DNA from: Eledone cirrhosa
Lineage: Eukaryota
Length of the DNA: 64,000 bases
Reading direction: 5' to 3'
Assembly: GCA_964016885.1 (NCBI GenBank)
Contig: OZ024754.1
Coordinates: 17,546,001-17,610,000 of the forward strand
Shown: piece after piece, positions 39,284 through 52,651 of the stretch
Layout of the letters: the number at the start of each line of letters is the position of its first letter
How positions within the stretch are numbered: the stretch's first letter is position 1
Program-made: the position numbers and the translations under genes
The notes under the pieces: model-generated
Databases searched by the model: none
Told to the model about the DNA's origin: nothing
The model's input: the letters and a program-made list of their open reading frames with translations, nothing else

Positions 39284-39500
39284 GAGTTTTGCTGTATTTA
39301 TTTATGAGCATCTCCGACATAGAATACTTCTCCTTTTCTAACTCCATCAATTTCTTCATCAATCTTTCATTATTCTTCTTGTCTTCAGCCTCCCGTTCAT
39401 TCACTTTTGCAATGACGTTAGCTTCATGTGTCTTGTAGTCTTTTATCAATTTCTCAAGTTTTTCAGATTCAAATACAGACTCGGAATATTTCTCCTTTAG
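38148..39500 (-). CDS. Coiled-coil gene, last visible exon (LKEKYSESVF...INKYSKTL), open into a Gly/Val repeat
   Basis: ctttgtattttTAG acceptor at 39501-39502, phase 0, 73 unique coiled-coil codons; 3' end uncertain (TAG at 38148-38150, or a possible GTATTG donor at 39271). Confidence 0.6.
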   Translation of the reverse strand, partial: LKEKYSESVFESEKLEKLIKDYKTHEANVIAKVNEREAEDKKNNERLMKKLMELEKEKYSMSEMLINKYSKTLVVVGIGVVVVVGGVGGGVVVVVGGVGGGVGGVVGGVVVGGGGVVGGVVVGGVVVVGGVVVGGGVVVGGGVVVVGGGGVGGGVGGGGVVVGGGVGGGGDGGGVVGGGVGGGVVGGGGVVGGVVGGVVVVVGGVGGGVGVVVGGVVVGGGGVVVGGVVVGGGGVVGRVVVGGGGVVVGGVGVGGGVVGGVVVGGGGVVVGGVGGGVGVVGGVVGGGVVGGGGVVGGGGVVGGGGVVVGGVGVVGGVVGGGVVGGGVVGGVVVGGVGGGGGVVGGVVGGGVVGGGGVVVGGGVGGGVGVGGGGVGGGGGVVGGVGGVGGGGVVGGVVGGVGGGGVVGGGGVVGGVVDGGVVVVGGGVGGGGVVLVLLVVVVVLLLLVVLF

Positions 39501-39529
39501 CTAAAAATACAAAGGTAAGTTATGTTAAT

Positions 39530-39915
39530 TTAACACTGTACTGAAGACCCTCCTGGTCCTTAAATTATTTAACCCTGTACTGAAGACCCTCCTGGTCCTT
39601 AAATTATTTAACCCTGTACTGAAGACCCCCTTGGTCCTTAAATCATTTAACTCCGTACTGATTACCCCTGGTCCTTAAATTATTTAACCCTGTATTGAAT
39701 ACCCCCCCCCCCCCGGGCCTTAAATCATTTAACTCCGAACACCCCTGGTCCTTAAATTATTTAACCCTGTACTGACCCCCCTCCCCTGGTCCTTAAATCA
39801 TTTAACTCCGTACTGAACACTCCTGGTCCTTAAATTATTTAACCCTGTACTGAAGACCCCCCCCCCCCCACCTACTGGTCCTTAAATCATTTAACTCCGT
39901 ACTGAACACCCTGGT
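39530..39915. repeat. ~35-45-bp minisatellite
   Basis: Unit ctggtccttaaat(t/c)atttaac(cct/tcc)gtactgaa... Confidence 0.85.
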
Positions 39916-40074
39916 TTAACCCCTTAGCATTTAAACCGGCCATATCTGGCCAGAATTTTCTCACCCCCTTCTTTTCAAACCAGCCATAACTGGCTGCTCA
40001 TATTGATGTAAAGGTATTGTTCTCAAAGTAAAAAATATCAAAATCTCATAGATTTGATATTATGTGAGATAACA

Positions 40075-41060
40075 CACACACACACACACACACGCATGTT
40101 CTTATACAGACATATACATACACATGTACTCATACACGCATGTACTTTCTCTCACACACACACACGCATGTTCTTATACAGACATATACATACACATGTA
40201 CTCATACACGCATGTACTTTCTCTCACACACACACACACGCATGTTCTTATACAGACATATACATACACATGTACTCATACACGCATGTACTTTCTCTCA
40301 CACACACACACACGCATGTTCTTATACAGACATATACATACACATGTACTCATACACGCATGTACTTTCTCTCACACACACACACACACACATTTTCTTA
40401 TACAGACATATACATACACATGTACTCATACACGCATGTACTTTCTCTCACACACACACACACATGTTCTTATACAGACATATACATACACAAGTACTCA
40501 TACACGCATGTACTTTCTCTCACACACACACACACATGTTCTTATACAGACATATACATACACAAGTACTCATACACGCATGTACTTTCTCTCACACACA
40601 CATGCACATGTTCTTATACAGACATATACATACACATGTACTCATACACGCATGTACTTTCTCTCACACACACACATGCATGTTCTTATACAGACATATA
40701 CATACACATGTACTCATACACGCATGTACTTTCTCTCTCACACACACACACGCATGTTCTTATACAGACATATACATACACATGTACTCATACACGCATG
40801 TACTTTCTCTCACACACACACACGCGCATGTTCTTATACAGACATATACATACACATGTACTCATACACGCATGTACTTTCTCTCACACACACACACACA
40901 CATGTTCTTATACAGACATATACATACACATGTACTCATACACGCATGTACTTTCTCTCACACACACACACACACATGTTCTTATACAGACATATACATA
41001 CACATGTACTCATACACGCATGTACTTTCTCTCACACACACATACACACATGTACTCTCT
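40075..41060. repeat. ~74-bp minisatellite with a variable (CA)n core
   Basis: Unit catgttcttatacagacatatacatacacatgtactcatacacgcatgtactttctct(ca)n. Confidence 0.92.
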
Positions 41061-42230
41061 CTCTCTCTCCCCACACATCACTGATGTTTCAATGTCTGGT
41101 TGTCCATTATAACTCTATACTGTCCTCTATGTATCATGTTTAGCTTTACCTAATGTGTCAAGGTTTAATCTAAGGTTAAAATCATCATCAACATCATCAT
41201 CCTTTAACATCCATTTAACAAGTGTTAGACAGGTCGTCAGCATACAGGGTTTCTACTTAAATGGAGGTATTGACCCCTACGGTGGGCTGGAACTTCCATC
41301 TTTCTTATGTTCCTTCACCCCACTGAGTGTTCTGATGGACCGGCAACTCGTGATTCCTTAGATACAGTCCCCCACACCACCAAGTACATTTTATCATATC
41401 ACCAGTAGTAGATCACCAAAACTAGGGAAGTGATCATGTCACATTTTTGACATGGCTGAACATTCCTTCCTATCACCAACCACTTTACAGAGTGTACTGG
41501 GTGTGTTTATCGGGTAAATCAGCAACACTAGGGAGGCTGTCATATCCTTCACACTGCTAAACACTCCTCTAAATCCTTTGTTTAGCAGGTTTTCTATGGC
41601 TGGATGCCGTTCCTATCATCACCCACTTTACAGAGTGTACTGGGTGTGAAGAATCTTCCCAACTATTACTTTAAAATTCTTAATTCTTTAATTAGCAATC
41701 AAGGTGGAAAGACAACAAAAAAAATAAAACAAAATAAAATAAACCCTCTTCCCACTCACCTCTATTATCTCCTCCTCCTCTATGGGAAGTAACTTGATGT
41801 GGTCTGACATGAGTTGGTTCTCTGTTCACTTCTCTTTCTTTCATCCTCTTCATTCAGAAATATTACAGGTGAATCAGAAACATTAAAAGTGGATTTAGAA
41901 ACGTTTTCTATATTCCTTTCTCATCCTCTTTACTCACAAAAATTACAGGTGTTTCAACAGGTATCCATATTCCTGTCTCATCCTCTTCATTTAGGATAAT
42001 TACAATAGATGACTCAACAGGTACGTCAACAGGTAAGTGGACTTTTTAAAAAATCAATCCTTATTCTTTTCTTGTCTTCCTCATTTAAAAGAGTGAATGG
42101 ATGTAAAAAGATGTCACTGATATGGATTCACGTATCAATCTTTCATTTAGTTTAGGCCTCGCAATCAAGGCCATGCTGGAGCAATACCTTCAATAGTCAT
42201 GTATCTTGAGAAATGACTAGATTTATGATG

Positions 42231-42952
42231 CTATTGGAATAGAAACACCTGCTTTTCTGTTATAGTTGTGGTTAATTGGAATAGAAACACCTGCTTTTCT
42301 GTTATAGCTGTGGTCAATTGGAATAGAAACACCTGCTTTTCTGTTATAGTTGTGGTTAATTGGAATAGAAACACCTGCTTTTCTGTTATAGTTGTGGTTA
42401 ATTGGAATAGAAACACCTGCTTTTCTGTTATAGTTGTGGTTAATTGGAATAGAAACACCTGCTTTTCTGTTATAGTTGTGGTCAATTGGAATAGAAACAC
42501 CTGCTTTTCTGTTATAGTTGTGGTTAATTGGAATAGAAACACCTGCTTTTCTGTTATAGTTGTGGTCAATTGGAATAGAAACACCTGCTTTTCTGTTATA
42601 GTTGTGGTTAATTGGAATAGAAACACCTGCTTTTCTGTTATAGTTGTGGTTAATTGGAATAGAAACACCTGCTTTTCTGTTATAGTTGTGGTCAATTGGA
42701 ATAGAAACACCTGCTTTTCTGTTATAGTTGTGGTTAATTGGAATAGAAACACCTGCTTTTCTGTTATAGCTGTGGTTAATTGGAATAGAAACACCTGCTT
42801 TTCTGTTATAGCTGTGGTTAATTGGAATAGAAACACCTGCTTTTCTGTTATAGTTGTGGTTAATTGGAATAGAAACACCTGCTTTTCTGTTATAGCTGTG
42901 GTTAATTGGAATAGAAACACCTGCTTTTCTGTTATAGTTGTGGTTAATTGGA
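42231..42952. repeat. 42-bp minisatellite, ~17 copies
   Basis: Unit attggaatagaaacacctgcttttctgttatagttgtggtta. Confidence 0.95.
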
Positions 42953-43248
42953 AAAAAAAAGACATCAAAATTATGAAACTTCAGTCATAAGGAATATGTA
43001 ACATAACAAAATTTAAAGTCTGTACAAATGTGTGTGTGTGTCTATCTCTGTATATATGTGTGTATGCGTGTGGGTCTTTGCATGTGTGTGTTTGTGTGCG
43101 TGTGTGCATGTATGCACATATGTATGTTTATATATATATATATTTTTTTTTTATTCTTTACATTTACTGATATTATTTTAACTTATTCCTCTCAGTTATA
43201 AATTCTCAAAATATTTAATTAAGATACATCGTAATAATGGTGATTGCT

Positions 43249-43666
43249 GGGAGTGAAATAAATGTTTGTGAATTTTGTATATCTAATTATATAGGTATGT
43301 TTAATAAATAAACATTTGGAAAGCCTAGTTATGAATATTGAAAGTCTGATGGCTAGCACCATCTAGTGGGTTCCAGCAGAAACAGCAGGGGACAACTGTC
43401 AATGCACATTTCAGGCTCTGGCCATCATCAGGACAGTACTTCCCCTGCTCTCTGCTGGAACTTGAAACAGGCAAAAATATATAGTTCCTTTACCTATGGA
43501 GATGGGCTGATTAACTTCATTTGCATATTGAACTGTAGAATCTGCAAGACGGCGTTAACTGTCAGTCTTTCAATATTCATAGCTAGAAGGCTTTCCAAAT
43601 GTTTATTTATTGAACATACAATATATCATTAGATATACAAAATTCATATACATTTATTTGACTCCC
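43249..43666. mobile_element. MITE-like element with ~115-bp imperfect terminal inverted repeats
   Basis: gggagtgaaataaatg...tgaatattgaaagtctga versus tcagtctttcaatattca...catttatttgactccc. Confidence 0.7.
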
Positions 43667-44117
43667 TTACTGAAGAGTAAAATAAAAGCATATTCTACAG
43701 TCTTTATATAAATTATACATGCTCCTAAGATTTCATCTCATACTGAAATGTTCCACTATAAAAGACCTACCAATATTGGTAAAAGAAAACCAGGTTGCAT
43801 TATACACAAATTCTATGAAAAGAAGCCAGCATTTTTATGGTAAAAATTAGGGGTCACATTATACATGAAGTAAACTTATAAATGAGTATATACGGTATAT
43901 ATTCCTTAGTTTCATTCAACAATAAAAATCATACTTTAGAAACATACTTTGGTATACAGAGCAATAAAGATAATAAAATGAATACGGTTACCAGAGAATT
44001 ATTTAAGAAGTTGGTGATTTGTATCTTGTCACTAGTGTTGAGATCTTTGTTAGCCCAGTCAGTTTAGCTGTACATAGGTATCACAAGGAAGGAAAATATC
44101 ATGACTGTAAACAATAC

Positions 44118-44204
44118 ATAAAATAGTTGATAGTCTTTGAGTTTATCCACAACATTCTGCTTCTCTCGGTTGATTATCTTTAATTCTTCTTGGAGATTGT
44201 CAAC
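44118..44204 (-). CDS. Coiled-coil gene exon (VDNLQEELKIINREKQNVVDKLKDYQLFY)
   Basis: tgtttttctcCAG acceptor, GTATTG donor, 87 nt, phase 0-0, heptad-like. Confidence 0.72.
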
Positions 44205-44249
44205 CTGGAGAAAAACAGTTGAAATATAAGCTTAGATTTCCTTACAGTA

Positions 44250-44557
44250 TTGAGTGTTCCAATTGTTCGATCAATGGAATAACCTGCTCATGAAATTAAT
44301 GTGTAAAAGGCAGCTGAGCATTCCACAGATACGTGCAACCTTAGCATAGTTCTCAAGGACATTCAGCGTAACACAATGGGTGATAAGGCTGTCCCCTTAA
44401 ATTACAGGTACAACTCATTTTTGACAGCTAAATGGACTGGAGCAATAAAGTGAAATAAAGTCTCGTGCCCAAGGACACAATGCACTACCCAGTCTGAGAA
44501 TAAAACAAACTCATAACTTCACAATCATGAACTGAACACTATAGCCACACGCCTTCA
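44250..44557 (-). mobile_element. CORE-type SINE with a different 3' tail
   Basis: Reverse strand gaaggcgtgtggct..tgtgtccttgggcacgagactttatttcac..ttgctccagtcca; related to 831-1085. Confidence 0.65.
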
Positions 44558-44923
44558 CAATAATCCTATAGTGTACAGAAGTTTCCTCTGGTTTATGCTG
44601 TCATTAATATTTTATACTGATTTAAAGAGAGGAAATGGATCTCAATGAAATGAAAAATAAAATAAAGGATATGTAGACACACACTCTACCAATGGACACA
44701 TTAAGTGATTTAATCCATCAATCACTCCCTTTCTTTCTCTGTAATATCTTTATACCTACATATTAGACACATTAAAGTTCAATACAGTGAGAAAAGATAT
44801 TTATCTCTCTCCCAGTTGCAGGTCATTCATAATTATGTTTTGCAAGCTTCTTCCTACCAATATTTTCTTGTGCTAAATGTATTCTTTCAGACACTAACAT
44901 TTACATGTCATTAATACAAAAAA

Positions 44924-45113
44924 GGGTGGTGGATTGGCAGTATCAGCAGAGGGTTGGATGCCATGCTTTGCAGCATAGAGTTACGCCCCTTTATGGTCTG
45001 AGTTCAAATCCCGCCGAGGTTAACTTTGCCTTTTATCCTTACAAGGTCAATAAAATAAAGCACCAGTAATGCCCTGGGGTAATTGCTGGCCTTGTGCCAA
45101 AAGTAGAAACAAT
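44924..45113 (+). mobile_element. Family A SINE with target-site duplication attaatacaaa
   Basis: Full head/core/tail; direct repeat on both sides. Confidence 0.85.
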
Positions 45114-45379
45114 TAATACAAAGAACTATGCACTAACAAATTATTTATAATTAGGTTCTGCAACTTGCATACATCACATTCAGTGCTGGACTTACCTATA
45201 AGCTAAATAAGTTATGGCTTAGGTCCACACACCCTCGGGGGCTTCAGATTTTTAAATATACCTACATATTATCATTTGTTTTTATTCTTTAACACTAAAT
45301 CATAAAAAATTAGGGCTTCCAATTTCATATACCTTTGGGTCGGTCTCCAATTTCATATAGCTTAAGGCCTCCAATTTCA

Positions 45380-48300
45380 TATAGGTGTCACAACAAAAGC
45401 ACCCACACTATAAAATGGTTGTGTAGGTATCATGACAAAAAGCACCCAGCACACACTGTAAAGTGGTCATGTAGGTATCACAACAAAAAGCACCCAGCAC
45501 ACACTGTAGTGTGGTAGTGTAGGTATCCCACAAAAAGCACCCAGCACACACTGTAGAGTGGTCATGTAAGTATCCCACAAAAAGCACCCAGCACACACTG
45601 TAGAGTGGTCATGTAGGTATCCCACAAAAAGCACCCAGCACACACTGTAGAGTGGTAGTGTAGGTATCCCACAAAAAGCACCCAGTACACACTGTAGAGT
45701 GGTCATGTAAGTATCCCACAAAAAGCACCCAGCACACACTGTAGAGTGGTCATGTAGGTATCCCACAAAAAGCACCCAGCACACACTGTAGAGTGGTAGT
45801 GTAGGTATCCCACAAAAAGCACCCAGCACACACTGTAGAGTGGTAGTGTAGGTATCCCACAAAAAGCACCCAGTACACACTGTAGAGTGGTCATGTAAGT
45901 ATCCCACAAAAAGCACCCAGCACACACTGTAGAGTGGTCATGTAGGTATCCCACAAAAAGCACCCAGCACACACTGTAGAGTGGTAGTGTAGGTATCCCA
46001 CAAAAAGCACCCAGCACACACTGTAGAGTGGTCATGTAGGTATCCCACAAAAAGCACCCAGCACACACTGTAGAGTGGTCATGTAGGTATCCCACAAAAA
46101 GCACCCAGCACACACTGTAGAGTGGTCATGTAGGTATCCCACAAAAAGCACCCAGTACACACTGTAGAGTGGTAGTGTAGGTATCCCACAAAAAGCACCC
46201 AGCACACACTGTAGAGTGGTAGTGTAGGTATCCCACAAAAAGCACCCAGCACACACTGTAGAGTGGTCATGTAGGTATCCCACAAAAAGCACCCAGCACA
46301 CACTGTAGAGTGGTCATGTAGGTATCCCACAAAAAGCACCCAGCACACACTGTAGAGTGGTCATGTAGGTATCCCACAAAAAGCACCCAGCACACACTGT
46401 AGAGTGGTCATGTAGGTATCACAACAAAAAGCACCCAGCACACACTGTAGAGTGGTCATGTAGGTATCCCACAAAAAGCACCCAGCACACACTGTAAAGT
46501 GGTCATGTAGGTATCCCACAAAAAGCACCCAGCACACACTGTAAAGTGGTCATGTAGGTATCCCACAAAAAGCACCCAGCACACACTGTAGAGTGGTCAT
46601 GTAGGTATCCCACAAAAAGCACCCAGCACACACTGTAAAGTGGTCATGTAGGTATCCCACAAAAAGCACCCAGTACACACTGTAGAGTGGTCATGTAGGT
46701 ATCCCACAAAAAGCACCCAGCACACACTGTAGAGTGGTCATGTAGGTATCCCACAAAAAGCACCCAGCACACACTGTAAAGTGGTCATGTAGGTATCCCA
46801 CAAAAAGCACCCAGCACACACTGTAAAGTGGTCATGTAGGTATCCCACAAAAAGCACCCAGCACACACTGTAGAGTGGTCATGTAGGTATCCCACAAAAA
46901 GCACCCAGCACACACTGTAAAGTGGTCATGTAGGTATCCCACAAAAAGCACCCAGCACACACTGTAAAGTGGTCATGTAGGTATCCCACAAAAAGCACCC
47001 AGCACACACTGTAAAGTGGTCATGTAGGTATCACGACAAAAAGCACCCAGCACACACTGTAAAGTGGTCATGTAGGTATCCCACAAAAAGCACCCAGTAC
47101 ACACTGTAGAGTGGTCATGTAGGTATCCCACAAAAAGCACCCAGCACACACTGTAGAGTGGTCATGTAGGTATCCCACAAAAAGCACCCAGCACACACTG
47201 TAAAGTGGTCATGTAGGTATCCCACAAAAAGCACCCAGCACACACTGTAAAGTGGTCATGTAGGTATCCCACAAAAAGCACCCAGCACACACTGTAGAGT
47301 GGTCATGTAGGTATCCCACAAAAAGCACCCAGCACACACTGTAGAGTGGTCATGTAGGTATCCCACAAAAAGCACCCAGTACACACTGTAGAGTGGTCAT
47401 GTAGGTATCCCACAAAAAGCACCCAGTACACACTGTAGAGTGGTCATGTAGGTATCCCACAAAAAGCACCCAGCACACACTGTAAAGTGGTCATGTAGGT
47501 ATCCCACAAAAAGCACCCAGTACACACTGTAGAGTGGTCATGTAGGTATCCCACAAAAAGCACCCAGCACACACTGTAAAGTGGTCATGTAGGTATCACG
47601 ACAAAAAGCACCCAGCACACACTGTAAAGTGGTCATGTAGGTATCCCACAAAAAGCACCCAGCACACACTGTAGAGTGGTCATGTAGGTATCCCACAAAA
47701 AGCACCCAGCACACACTGTAGAGTGGTCATGTAGGTATCCCACAAAAAGCACCCAGCACACACTGTAGAGTGGTCATGTAGGTATCACGACTAAAAGCAC
47801 CCAGCACACACTGTAGAGTGGTCATGTAGGTATCCCACAAAAAGCACCCAGCACACACTGTAGAGTGGTCATGTAGGTATCACGACAAAAAGCACCCAGC
47901 ACACACTGTAGAGTGGTCATGTAGGTATCACAACAAAAAGCACCCAGCACACACTGTAAAGTGGTCATGTAGGTATCCCACAAAAAGCACCCAGCACACA
48001 CTGTAGAGTGGTCATGTAGGTATCACAACAAAAAGCACCCAGCACACACTGTAAAGTGGTCATGTAGGTATCCTACAAAAAGCACCCAGCACACACTGTA
48101 AAGTGGTCATGTAGGTATCCTACAAAAAGCACCCAGCACACACTGTAGAGTGGTCATGTAGGTATCCCACAAAAAGCACCCAGCACACACTGTAGAGTGG
48201 TAGTGTAGGTATCCCACAAAAAGCACCCAGCACACACTGTAGAGTGGTCATGTAGGTATCCCACAAAAAGCACCCAGCACACACTGTAAAGTGGTCATGT

Positions 48301-51300
48301 AGGTATCACGACAAAAAGCACCCAGCACACACTGTAGAGTGGTCATGTAGGTATCCTACAAAAAGCACCCAGCACACACAGTAGAGTGGTCATGTAGGTA
48401 TCCCACAAAAAGCACCCAGCACACACTGTAGAGTGGTCATGTAGGTATCCCACAAAAAGCACCCAGTACACACTGTAGAGTGGTCATGTAAGTATCCCAC
48501 AAAAAGCACCCAGTACACACTGTAGAGTGGTCATGTAGGTATCCCACAAAAAGCACCCAGCACACACTGTAGAGTGGTCGTGTAGGTATCCCACAAAAAG
48601 CACCCAGCACACACTGTAGAGTGGTTGTGTAGGTATCACGACAAAAAGCACCCAGCACACACTGTAGAGTGGTCATGTAGGTATCCCACAAAAAGCACCC
48701 AGTACACACTGTAGAGTGGTCATGTAGGTATCCCACAAAAAGCACCCAGCACACACTGTAGAGTGGTCATGTAAGTATCCCACAAAAAGCACCCAGTACA
48801 CACTGTAGAGTGGTAGTGTAGGTATCCCACAAAAAGCACCCAGCACACACTGTAGAGTGGTAGTGTAGGTATCCCACAAAAAGCACCCAGCACACACTGT
48901 AGAGTGGTCATGTAGGTATCCCACAAAAAGCACCCAGTACACACTGTAGAGTGGTCATGTAGGTATCACAACAAAAAGCACCCAGCACACACTGTAGAGT
49001 GGTCATGTAGGTATCCCACAAAAAGCACCCAGCACACACTGTAGAGTGGTCATGTAGGTATCCCACAAAAAGCACCCAGCACACACTGTAGAGTGGTCAT
49101 GTAGGTATCCTACAAAAAGCACCCAGCACACACTGTAAAGTGGTCATGTAGTTATCCCACAAAAAGCACCCAGCACACACTGTAAAGTGGTCATGTAGGT
49201 ATCCTACAAAAAGCACCCAGCACACACTGTAAAGTGGTCATGTAGGTATCCCACAAAAAGCACCCAGCACACACTGTAAAGTGGTCATGTAGGTATCACG
49301 ACAAAAAGCACCCAGCACACAGTGTAAAGTGGTCGTGTAGGTATCCCACAAAAAGCACCCAGCACACACTGTAAAGTGGTCGTGTAGGTATCCCACAAAA
49401 AGCACCCAGCACACACTGTAGAGTGGTCATGTAGGTATCCCACAAAAAGCACCCAGCACACACTGTAGAGTGGTCATGTAGGTATCCTACAAAAAGCACC
49501 CAGCACACACTGTAAAGTGGTCATGTAGTTATCCCACAAAAAGCACCCAGCACACACTGTAAAGTGGTCATGTAGGTATCCTACAAAAAGCACCCAGCAC
49601 ACACTGTAAAGTGGTCATGTAGGTATCCCACAAAAAGCACCCAGCACACACTGTAAAGTGGTCATGTAGGTATCACGACAAAAAGCACCCAGCACACACT
49701 GTAAAGTGGTCGTGTAGGTATCCCACAAAAAGCACCCAGCACACACTGTAAAGTGGTCGTGTAGGTATCCCACAAAAAGCACCCAGCACACACTGTAGAG
49801 TGGTCATGTAGGTATCCCACAAAAAGCACCCAGCACACACTGTAGAGTGGTCATGTAGGTATCCTACAAAAAGCACCCAGCACACACTGTAGAGTGGTCA
49901 TGTAGGTATCACAACAAAAAGCACCCAGCACACACTGTAAAGTGGTCATGTAGGTATCACAACAAAAAGCACCCAGCACACACTGTAGAGTGGTCATGTA
50001 GGTATCACAACAAAAAGCACCCAGCACACACTGTAGAGTGGTCATGTAGGTATCACGACTAAAAGCACCCAGCACACACTGTAAAGTGGTCATGTAGGTA
50101 TCCTACAAAAAGCACCCAGCACACACTGTAAAGTGGTCATGTAGGTATCACGACAAAAAGCACCCAGCACACACTGTAAAGTGGTCATGTAGGTATCACG
50201 ACTAAAAGCACCCAGCACACACTGTAAAGTGGTCATGTAGGTATCCTACAAAAAGCACCCAGCACACACTGTAAAGTGGTCATGTAGGTATCCCACAAAA
50301 AGCACCCAGCACACACTGTAGAGTGGTCATGTAGGTATCACAACAAAAAGCACCCAGCACACACTGTAAAGTGGTCATGTAGGTATCACGACTAAAAGCA
50401 CCCAGCACACACTGTAAAGTGGTCATGTAGGTATCCTACAAAAAGCACCCAGCACACACTGTAAAGTGGTCATGTAGGTATCCCACAAAAAGCACCCAGC
50501 ACACACTGTAGAGTGGTCATGTAGGTATCACAACAAAAAGCACCCAGCACACACTGTAAAGTGGTCATGTAGGTATCCTACAAAAAGCACCCAGCACACA
50601 CTGTAAAGTGGTCATGTAGGTATCCCACAAAAAGCACCCAGCACACACTGTAAAGTGGTCATGTAGGTATCACGACAAAAAGCACCCAGCACACACTGTA
50701 GAGTGGTCATGTAGGTATCCCACAAAAAGCACCCAGCACACACTGTAAAGTGGTCATGTAGGTATCCCACAAAAAGCACCCAGCACACACTGTAAAGTGG
50801 TCATGTAGGTATCCCACAAAAAGCACCCAGCACACACTGTAGAGTGGTCATGTAGGTATCCCACAAAAAGCACCCAGCACACACTGTAAAGTGGTCATGT
50901 AGGTATCCTACAAAAAGCACCCAGCACACACTGTAGAGTGGTCATGTAGGTATCACATCAAAAAGCACCCAGCACACACTGTAAAGTGGTCATGTAGGTA
51001 TCCTACAAAAAGCACCCAGCACACACTGTAAAGTGGTCATGTAGGTATCCCACAAAAAGCACCCAGCACACACTGTAAAGTGGTCATGTAGGTATCCTAC
51101 AAAAAGCACCCAGCACACACTGTAAAGTGGTCATGTAGGTATCCTACAAAAAGCACCCAGCACACACTGTAAAGTGGTCATGTAGGTATCCCACAAAAAG
51201 CACCCAGCACACACTGTAGAGTGGTCATGTAGGTATCACGACAAAAAGCACCCAGCACACACTGTAGAGTGGTCATGTAGGTATCCCACAAAAAGCACCC

Positions 51301-52625
51301 AGCACACACTGTAGAGTGGTCATGTAGGTATCCTACAAAAAGCACCCAGCACACACTGTAAAGTGGTCATGTAGGTATCCCACAAAAAGCACCCAGCACA
51401 CACTGTAAAGTGGTCATGTAGGTATCACGACAAAAAGCACCCAGCACACACTGTAAAGTGGTCATGTAGGTATCCCACAAAAAGCACCCAGCACACACTG
51501 TAAAGTGGTCATGTAGGTATCACGACAAAAAGCACCCAGCACACACTGTAAAGTGGTCATGTAGGTATCCTACAAAAAGCACCCAGCACACACTGTAAAG
51601 TGGTCATGTAGGTATCACGACAAAAAGCACCCAGCACACACTGTAGAGTGGTCATGTAGGTATCCCACAAAAAGCACCCAGCACACACTGTAGAGTGGTC
51701 ATGTAGGTATCCTACAAAAAGCACCCAGCACACACTGTAAAGTGGTCATGTAGGTATCACGACAAAAAGCACCCAGCACACACTGTAGAGTGGTCATGTA
51801 GGTATCCTACAAAAAGCACCCAGCACACACTGTAAAGTGGTCATGTAGGTATCACGACAAAAAGCACCCAGCACACACTGTAAAGTGGTCATGTAGGTAT
51901 CCCACAAAAAGCACCCAGCACACACTGTAAAGTGGTCATGTAGGTATCACGACAAAAAGCACCCAGCACACACTGTAAAGTGGTCATGTAGGTATCCCAC
52001 AAAAAGCACCCAGCACACACTGTAGAGTGGTCATGTAGGTATCCCACAAAAAGCACCCAGCACACACTGTAAAGTGGTCATGTAGGTATCACGACAAAAA
52101 GCACCCAGCACACACTGTAGAGTGGTCATGTAGGTATCCCACAAAAAGCACCCAGCACACACTGTAAAGTGGTCATGTAGGTATCACGACAAAAAGCACC
52201 CAGCACACACTGTAGAGTGGTCATGTAGGTATCCCACAAAAAGCACCCAGCACACACTGTAAAGTGGTCATGTAGGTATCACGACAAAAAGCACCCAGCA
52301 CACACTGTAGAGTGGTCATGTAGGTATCCCACAAAAAGCACCCAGCACACACTGTAAAGTGGTCATGTAGGTATCACGACAAAAAGCACCCAGCACACAC
52401 TGTAGAGTGGTCATGTAGGTATCCCACAAAAAGCACCCAGCACACACTGTAAATGTAGTTGGCATTAAGAAGGGCATCCAGCCATAGAAACCAAGCCAAA
52501 ACCAGTCCTGTAGAAGCAAGTCATGGTCATCAGACCTGGCTTGTCTCACAATGGGGCAACCCGTCTAACCCATGCTAGCATGGAAAATGGACGTTAAACA
52601 ATGATGATGATGATGATGATGATGA
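45380..52625 (+). repeat. ~7.1-kb satellite of 47/48-bp units (~150 copies) ending in an RTE-type tail
   Basis: Unit aaaaagcacccagcacacactgta(a/g)agtggtcatgtaggtatcccac; from ~52452 gaagggcatccagcc...ggacgttaaac(gat)n. Confidence 0.97.
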
Positions 52626-52651
52626 TAACTACAAACCAAAATGAAAATTAC

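Noticed and set aside
40054-41143. His/Thr-rich ORFs in three frames
   Set aside because: Minisatellite with variable (CA)n length that shifts frame; no splice or start context
42231-42990. 14-aa repeat proteins on both strands
   Set aside because: A 42-bp intronic minisatellite that is open by chance; no supported exon boundaries include it
45380-52452. CRISPR-like regular array
   Set aside because: Units are contiguous near-identical repeats with no unique spacers, there are no cas genes, and the context is eukaryotic
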